Source of the DNA: Octopus sinensis
Lineage: Eukaryota
Reading direction: 5' to 3'
NCBI RefSeq assembly: GCF_006345805.1
Contig: NC_042999.1
Coordinates: 80,290,001 to 80,354,000 of the forward strand
DNA length: 64,000 bases
The notes beneath the pieces were generated by a model. It made no database searches, was not told the DNA's origin, and worked only from the letters and a program-made list of their open reading frames with translations. The position numbers and the translations under genes are program-made. Positions 56,502 to 64,000 of the stretch are shown piece by piece (position 1 is the first letter of the stretch; each line of letters starts with the position of its first letter).

Positions 56502-57400
56502 CGAGGGTGTACCCAAAAGAAAGTGGAATTTTGCAGTATTATTTTATTCCACATGTTTACATCTTTATCACCTTCGAACTATTTTCCATTTTATGGAATT
56601 CATTATCCAGACCCGTTTTTCACTGTTCGAAGCAATCCTGGAACTCTTGTGAAGTAATGCCTTTTAAAACCTCAGTCAATTTTTTTTTCTTCACCTCTTC
56701 CACAACTGCAAAACGTTTTCTTTTAAGGACCTTTTTCATTTGGGGGAGCAAAATCGGTTAAATAGGGAGGGTGAGTAAGCGGAGTCATGCCATTTTTGGA
56801 CAAAAACTGTCTCACACTCAAGGTGGTGTGCGCAGGTGCATTGTCATAATGAAACCGCCACCCTGCATTTTTCCACTGTTCGGGGCGTTCTCACTGCGCG
56901 TCGCAAATGATTTTCACTGCTTTCACCGCTTTTCACCGATTTTCATAGCGTCTCACTGCGTCTTGTAAACGCTTCAGACTGCCAAGTAAGGTGTTTGGTT
57001 AACTGTTTGATCAGGAGGAACAAATTCTATGTAGACAATTCCTTTCGCATCGATGAAACAAATCAGCATAGGCTTGATATTGAACTTCACTTGACGCACT
57101 TTTCGGGGGCTTAGTGACATTGAATGCTTCCATTGACTTGGTTGTTGCTTCGTTTCAGGGCCGTAACCGTACTTTATGGAACCTTGTGTTTCCCTGAGAA
57201 CGCAGAACAAGTGTACAATCAGTGTCTCCAACTACGAATTCTACACAGCGTTTCGGACTATATCTTTTATACAAATTTTCTGATTATCACTCAAGATGCT
57301 AATGGTTCATATTTCGTACCCAGCACTGCATTATGTATGTCTTCAACGCAATTAACACCCTGTAATCGATTTATTATGGGTCCGTTTCGGTAACATCAGT
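56502..57400 (-). mobile_element. Degraded mariner transposon
   Basis: ORF 56974-57231 reads YGYGPETKQQPSQWK...MLICFIDAKGIVYIEFVPPDQTVNQ. A TIR-like TA-CGAGGGTGTACCCAAAAG starts at 56500. The inner boundary is approximate. Confidence 0.75.
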
Positions 57401-57973
57401 TGTAACAGCCAGTGATGTAACATAAATCACAAAGGCGTTTAATTCGAGTTAAGACAAAATTACTTAAAAGGTGCTTTCTTTTCATATTTTCTCTGAAAAA
57501 GAATGTTGCATTTCAAGCTTTTTCTGAAAAATGCTAAAATACGAGTAAATAGATAAATTCAGGTTCTGTTATTAGAGGTTTCAAAATCAAAGTTACATAC
57601 GATTAAATAGAAATTCAAATATTGATTATATTAAATAAAAATATGAACTAAATGAAGTATAGTTTTAGGAAATACTGTCCATGAACCTGAAAAGCGCTTT
57701 AAAATTCTTTCAGTGATGGCCAGTGAACTCTTAACATGGAATGAAGAGTATGCTAACTCAATTGTCAGATAACTTATAAGTTCTGAGTTCAGAGCAATTT
57801 ACATTCTTGTGAAGTGAACGATCAATACAAGACGAAAACTTGTTCAAAGAATGATTCTGTGACAGAATTAGTTCAAATTAGTTTGATTTGATTCAATATT
57901 TAATTCCGATTTCCATTCCTTTCTTGAGGACCAGTAACCAACGATCAGTTTTTCGTCAGTTAGATAACGCTTA

Positions 57974-59245
57974 CGAGGGACGTTCAATAAGTAATGCCTC
58001 TGACCCACTAGCTGAAATTTTGCATGTGCAAACATTTATATCTCTATAGAGTAAGTGGCAAATTACAGCTCTGAATTAATTGTGGTTTCTGATTTACAGG
58101 TGTTTGAACCGAGTCAAGTGTGAAATGGAGCCTGTTGAGCGTCGAGCAGTGATCCGGTTTTTGTATTTGAAAGGACGCACACCACGGAAGACTTTTGATG
58201 AAATGAAAGTAACTTATGGTGATGATGCCCCATCATATGACCTTGTAAAACGCTGGCATCGTGAATTCAAACATGGTCGGAACTCTGTGGAAACAGCTCC
58301 CAGATCTGGTCGCCCCTTCTGCCATTGATGAGGCATCTGTCCGTCAAGTTGAGGCTGCCATTTTGGAAGATCGACGCATAATTATTCGCCAAATAGCCCA
58401 TGAGGTCAAGATTAGTACCGGTCTGTGGAAACTATCATTCATGACCATTTGCATATGCAAAAGGTGTCTGCCAGATGGATTCCCAGGTTGCTCACGCCTT
58501 TCCAGAAGCAAGAACGCGTCGAGTGCTCGAGGGTGAATTTGGAGATGTGCCAAGAAGATGAGTCAAAATTTTTCAAAAGACTGATTACAAAGGATGAAAC
58601 CTGGGTCCATCACTATGATCCAGAGACCAAAGCCCAGTCAATGCAGTGGAAGCACCGTGACTCACCCCCTCCAAAGAAGGCAAGGGTGCAGCCCTCCGCT
58701 GGCAAGGTCATGCTCACAGTCTTCTGGGACCAGGACGGAGTAGTGATGACAGATTTCCTGGCAAAGGGTACCACAATTGCAGGAGCCTATTATGCTTCAC
58801 TTTTGAGGAAATTGAGAGAAGTTATCAAAATCAAGAGGCGGGGCAAGATCAGCAAAGGCATCCTCCTCCTGCAGGACAACGCTCCGGTTCACAACTCGCT
58901 TGTCGCCAGATCAGAAGCAAAGGCGTATGGCTATGAACTCCTCCCCCATCCCCTACTTTCCTGACCTTGCACCCTCTGATTTTCACATCGTCCCAGTCAT
59001 GAAGTTGTTTTTGAAAGGAAAGCGTTTCCCAGATGATGCAGCCTTGATTTCTGAAGTCACGTTCAGGTTGGAGGACCAAGCTGGGGTCTTCTGCAAAAAC
59101 GGTCTCCAGAGCTACATCAAGCAATGGGAGAAATGCGTAACTCTGGGTGGTTCCTATGTAGAAAAAGACTAATAACTGTGCCAAGCTTCGTTGCTCTACT
59201 GCTATGGGAAGTGGGTCAGGGGCATTACTTATTGAACGCCCCTCG
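57974..59245 (+). mobile_element. Near full-length mariner transposon (1272 bp; Himar1/Hsmar2-like by resemblance)
   Basis: 35-bp TIRs (57974-58008 and 59211-59245, 2 mismatches) with TA on both sides. Transposase runs from ATG 58125 to TAA 59172 with WIPRLL, KDETW, LQDNA and PDLAPSDF, split by three frameshifts. Confidence 0.95.
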
Positions 59246-59557
59246 TAAATACATGGGACATTGGAGTGTTACTTGAAATAGATTTTCCTAGACACAACAT
59301 TGAGATGTAAGAATGCTTCGGATGTTATTTTTGGCAGGTTGAGCTACCAAACAGAAATATACCTTGCTGGCTAATTCACATATTCAAGGCAGTAGGGAGT
59401 TTTTTTTCCAGAGGGATTTTGCTGCTATTTCCATGAGGTTTGTATGTCACAAATCGAATGGAAATGACCGACAACAGAGAATAATTAAAGCAAATACAAA
59501 CGGAATAGGCGAAGAAAACACATTATTGTTTTATGATAAATAAAATATTTAGATTTA

Positions 59558-60271
59558 GTGGGTTGCCCGGAAAGTTCGTGCCGATGTATAGTAGCTTACC
59601 TTTCGATTTATTTTAGAACATGGTTGAGTCCATAAAATAGGATTTGACTACACCTCCATTTAGAGCACAGTTTAAGCTATCTTTTCGTGGAAGAAGTTTA
59701 TGTTCCTGTGTTAATTCTGTAACCTTTTAAAATGGAAGATAAGAAAGTTTATTTTCGGTACAGCATGCTTTTCTTTTTCCGTAAAGGGAAAAATGCCTCA
59801 CAAGCAACCAAAGAAACATACGCAGTTTATCGTGATATTTCTTTATCCGATAGAACTGTACGGAAGTGGTTCGAAAGGTTCCAAGCTGGAGATTGTAGAC
59901 TTATTGATAAAGAGCGATCAGACAGACCATCCACTACAGATGATGACCAAATCAAGTCATTAATTGAGAATAACTCACATTACACAACCCGAAAATTGCC
60001 AGAAAGCCTCAACCTATTAAACTCCGTCATTCATGAACACCTGGGAAAGCTTGGGTACACAAATCGCTACGATGTTTGGGTACCATATGAGTTGAGTAAA
60101 AAGAACCTTTCGGATCGCATTTCCATCTGTGATTCGCTTTATAAACGGAATGAAAACGCGTATTTTTAAAAGCAAATTGTAACAGGTGATGAGAAATGGA
60201 TTATCTACCGAAATGTTCAGAGAAAGCGATCTTGGAGTAAGTGACATGAGCCACCCTTAGCCACCCCAAAG
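59558..60271 (+). mobile_element. Mariner 5' half (second subfamily), 3'-truncated
   Basis: TIR-like GTGGGTTGCCCGGAAAGTTCGTGCCGAT follows TA. ORF 59732-60169 reads MEDKKVYFRY...WVPYEL, then IVTGDEKW after a stop. Confidence 0.85.
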
Positions 60272-60551
60272 TTAAAAATATATTCAAAACAATGGGTTGG
60301 TGTTTCAACAACTTCAGCGTGTAAAATGCACATAATATAATCGCTTCTGATTTTATACCAGGAGGAATGCATTTTTGTTACTTACTCAATCACTTTTTAA
60401 AGGGAATGCCATATTATTTTGGACACCTTTTATATGGTGACTGCATCATCGCGACGGAATGTAGAAAGACATGCTGACTTGTCATCTTTGTCTACGATAC
60501 ATTAACATATATACATACATTTATATATACATACATATATTTGTATATATA

Positions 60552-60590
<39 letters not shown>

Positions 60591-61110
60591 ATGTACTTAT
60601 CCTATCGGCCTTTTTGCCGAACAGTTAGTAAAGGAAAGTGAAAATACCAACACTGAAAGTGGGAGACAAACACAGACACAAAGACACATACAGATATATA
60701 CGTATCCGACGGGCTTTTCAGCTTTCGCCTACCAAATCTACTCACAAGGCTATAGTAGAACCACTTGTGCAATGTGCCACTCAGTGAAACTAAACCTGGA
60801 ACCATGTTTTGGGTAAACAAACCTCTTTACATAAAGCTACGCTTGCACTTTTGGATATTATTTATACCAGATCGTCTGGTATATGTTATTTCATACACAA
60901 TTCTCTTTAGATTTACGCTCTTATCATTCAAATTGTCTGTCACCAAATATCTGTTATGTGTCCCATACGCTTTAAGAATATGCACATAGTTAAAATAACA
61001 TGTATTGTTACATATTATGTGCTTGATATTATATAGTCTAATAAAAGACTAAACAAATATGTATGAATTTCAATACAATGATAATAATGATGATGATGAT
61101 GATGGTGGTA

Positions 61111-61171
<61 letters not shown>

Positions 61172-61278
61172 TAATAATAATAATAATAATAATGATAATA
61201 ATAAAAATAATAATAATAATAATATTTGTTGTATTTCGGAATGGTCATTTTGCCGGTTTAGCCAATAAATATATAAAC

Positions 61279-61312
<34 letters not shown>

Positions 61313-61322
61313 CAACAACAAC

Positions 61323-61392
<70 letters not shown>

Positions 61393-61403
61393 TAATAATA
61401 ATA

Positions 61404-61506
61404 GTAACCATCAGAGCATCACAACAAATCACAGTACATACCCAAGGCACACAGATCTGCGCTCGGTAGTGAAGTGAAAGCACGTTATAAAAATAAAACT
61501 ACTGAA
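61404..61506 (+). mobile_element. Short retroelement-like 3' end embedded in (TAA)n/(TGA)n
   Basis: About 100 bp of complex sequence ending ATAAAAATAAAACTACTGAAT, between (TAA)n and (TGA)n. It resembles (from recall) 3' ends of R4/Dong-type elements. Confidence 0.4.
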
Positions 61507-61533
61507 TGATGATGATGATGATGATGATGATGA

Positions 61534-62058
61534 TTGGCTCTCATGGCTTCTTATCTTAACTGATTGGAAATGCACATTTTTTTTCTTGGTATAAAGGATG
61601 GGCTGCAGCAAATATTCAGCTCAATACCACAGATATGTTTGTCAGTTGTTTGACCTTAACCAGTTGAGCATGTCCCTTAGTAGCTGACGATATGTGCATC
61701 TCTGATCACGAGCAGAAGTAGTGGGGGAGCATCATAGCCATGTGTTGAGAGGGATGCTTTGGGGTTTGAATAATATACCTCTAGAAACATGGGTGTTTCG
61801 TTCAACATCCTTAAACAACCCTTATTCAGGGACCGTTTGAGCGGGATGGGCTACTCAACTTGAAGAAAATTCTAACTGGGCCCCACCTGCAAGGTCATGT
61901 GCTGTTTATCTTGATATGAGATCACAATGTCGCGCATATATTGGTTGTGATGCATGTGCCTGGTGTACCCTCATCAGACGGGTAGACAGAATGGGTATAC
62001 TGAGCTTCGTATATCTTATCCCAGTATCATTTTTACGGTATGCACTGCTCTCTCACTG
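61534..62058 (+). mobile_element. Retroelement 3'-UTR-like repeat with (TAA)n tail
   Basis: About 525 bp of higher-GC sequence ending CTCTCTCACTG-AATAATAATAAT. Family identity is recalled, not verified. Confidence 0.4.
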
Positions 62059-62905
62059 AATAATAATAATGTTAATAATAAGAATAATGATAAATACAAT
62101 TAATAGGGCTAAAATTCTCAAGGGCACTGAATTGGGATGATTTTGATTAAAGACTACTGTTCCATGCCAGTTGCTGAGGAAAATAAACTTGTGCAGAATT
62201 TGAAATTAGAATAGAAACTATAAAGACATTTAATATTGAAAATCATAACACCAATAGAGATGGTAGTGATTAAAATAGTGACTGGAATAATAACAATGAA
62301 GAGCAGAATGCGGATGTTGACACTGATAAGAAAGATAATATTTATTAATGTTGCTTGTGAGGATCTTAATGATAAGGATTGAAATTAAATGATCAGCATC
62401 TACACAATAATCACAAAAATAGTAACAATTGCAACGATAGTAGTGAGAACAATAAGAGCAGCAAAATACAATGAAACAAAAATAATATTAGAAGAATGTT
62501 GTGCAGAATTTGAAACATATATATTTCGGCCGCAAAGCCTATCTTCATAAGGATTAAGATAGAAGAATATATTTGACTGAATCCTTCTGAAGAGAGGTCT
62601 TTGCATCCGAAACATAGAGAATTTTAAATATTTCCTCGTTTTTAATTTCATTGAAATATATTATTTGCAAAGATTGTTAGAATGGAAATTAAAATAGGTA
62701 ATTTCAAACTGCAGTGGGTTTACAGATTTAAGGTTGTGATGGAACAAAGATACTGTACAAATACATGAATCTTTGCGTACATTTCCACAGTTCCTTAAAG
62801 CTGAAACAGCTGTTAAGCTAATGAAACTGATTATGTAACTGTTGCTTTTTGTCATTAATTACTTAATTAATCAATTAAATAATTATTATCCCCTGTATAT
62901 ATATA

Positions 62906-62996
<91 letters not shown>

Positions 62997-63182
62997 CGTG
63001 TGTGTGTATTAATTTATTTATATATGTATATACTGTATGTTGTTAACTAGGCTAGCAACTGTAGAAAAATATAAAGATGAAATAGAAATACACCTACTCG
63101 TATGCAAACACACATGCACAGGTGCACACATACACACACACTCACACACACATATATGAATAAGTATATATAAAAGAATTAA

Positions 63183-63225
<43 letters not shown>

Positions 63226-63598
63226 GATATATATGCACACACGAACTAATATGTATATGTAAATGCATATATACGTGTATATAAATTTGCACGTTTGTAC
63301 ATGCGTGCGTATGGTTTGTATAAAAATAATAAAAACGTAATAAGAAAATAAAAGGAAGTAAAAGTTGGTGTTAACAAACTTAATTATACGAATGAGTCGG
63401 AAAAGGCTTTTTATAAAGTGTCGAAAATCGATATTGAAAAAAAGCTATCCAATAACTCCATCCATCGCACCCTTAACACCCCATCCGCAAACCACACATG
63501 TATATATAGACACATGTATATAATATATATATGATACATATATACACACACAGACACAGTCACATGTATATATATATATATATTATATATATATATAT

Positions 63599-63633
<35 letters not shown>

Positions 63634-63641
63634 ATATATAT

Positions 63642-63707
<66 letters not shown>

Positions 63708-64000
63708 ATACACATACATGCACACTCGCACACACATACGTATCTATATATTTAGTATGTTGTGAATATATTTATGTTTGTGCGTGATTGTATTTTTGCG
63801 TGTGTGTGTGTGCGTGCGTGTGTGTATGTATGTGTTTATGTGTATATGTGTGTGTATGCGTATGTATGAACGCGCACGCTTATGGAGTATGTGTGTTTGC
63901 CATACGGGGACTTACAGTGAAAGAATGGAAATGATGAGATATACGTACAAAGATAGAAAAAATATCGATCAAGGAAGTGAAAAATATAACGGAAGAATAT

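Noticed and set aside
62587-62620. CTGAAGA...CCGAAAC hammerhead-like motif (similar weak ones at 6117-6148, 19096-19123 and 57802-57853)
   Set aside because: Two or more core or stem defects in each. They may be decayed PLE termini but are not supportable individually.

Overview
AT-rich eukaryotic (animal) DNA saturated with microsatellites ((TA)n, (CA)n, (TATC)n, (TATG)n, (TAA)n, (GAA)n) and transposon relics. The repeat repertoire looks octopus/cephalopod-like, but that is inferred from recalled repeat families, not verified. I cannot support any host protein-coding gene. Nearly all listed ORFs are microsatellite read-throughs or transposon fragments. Recognisable elements are Tc1/mariner transposons (one near full-length mariner with TIRs and TA duplication), CR1/L2-like, RTE-like and R4/RLE-like LINE relics, Penelope-like (PLE) RT and GIY-YIG relics, and SINEs. 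Two things stand out. (1) Four same-orientation, differently 5'-truncated L1/Tx1 copies are stacked in one (TATC)n array with phase-fixed 3' junctions, which suggests a (TATC/GATA)n-targeting retrotransposon. (2) Several minimal hammerhead-ribozyme-like motifs with palindromic stem III sit in putative PLE terminal repeats. Their cores show three different Watson-Crick combinations at the tertiary 3:8 pair (C:G, G:C, U:A). All element assignments come from motif recognition by eye, and the boundaries of degraded relics are approximate.
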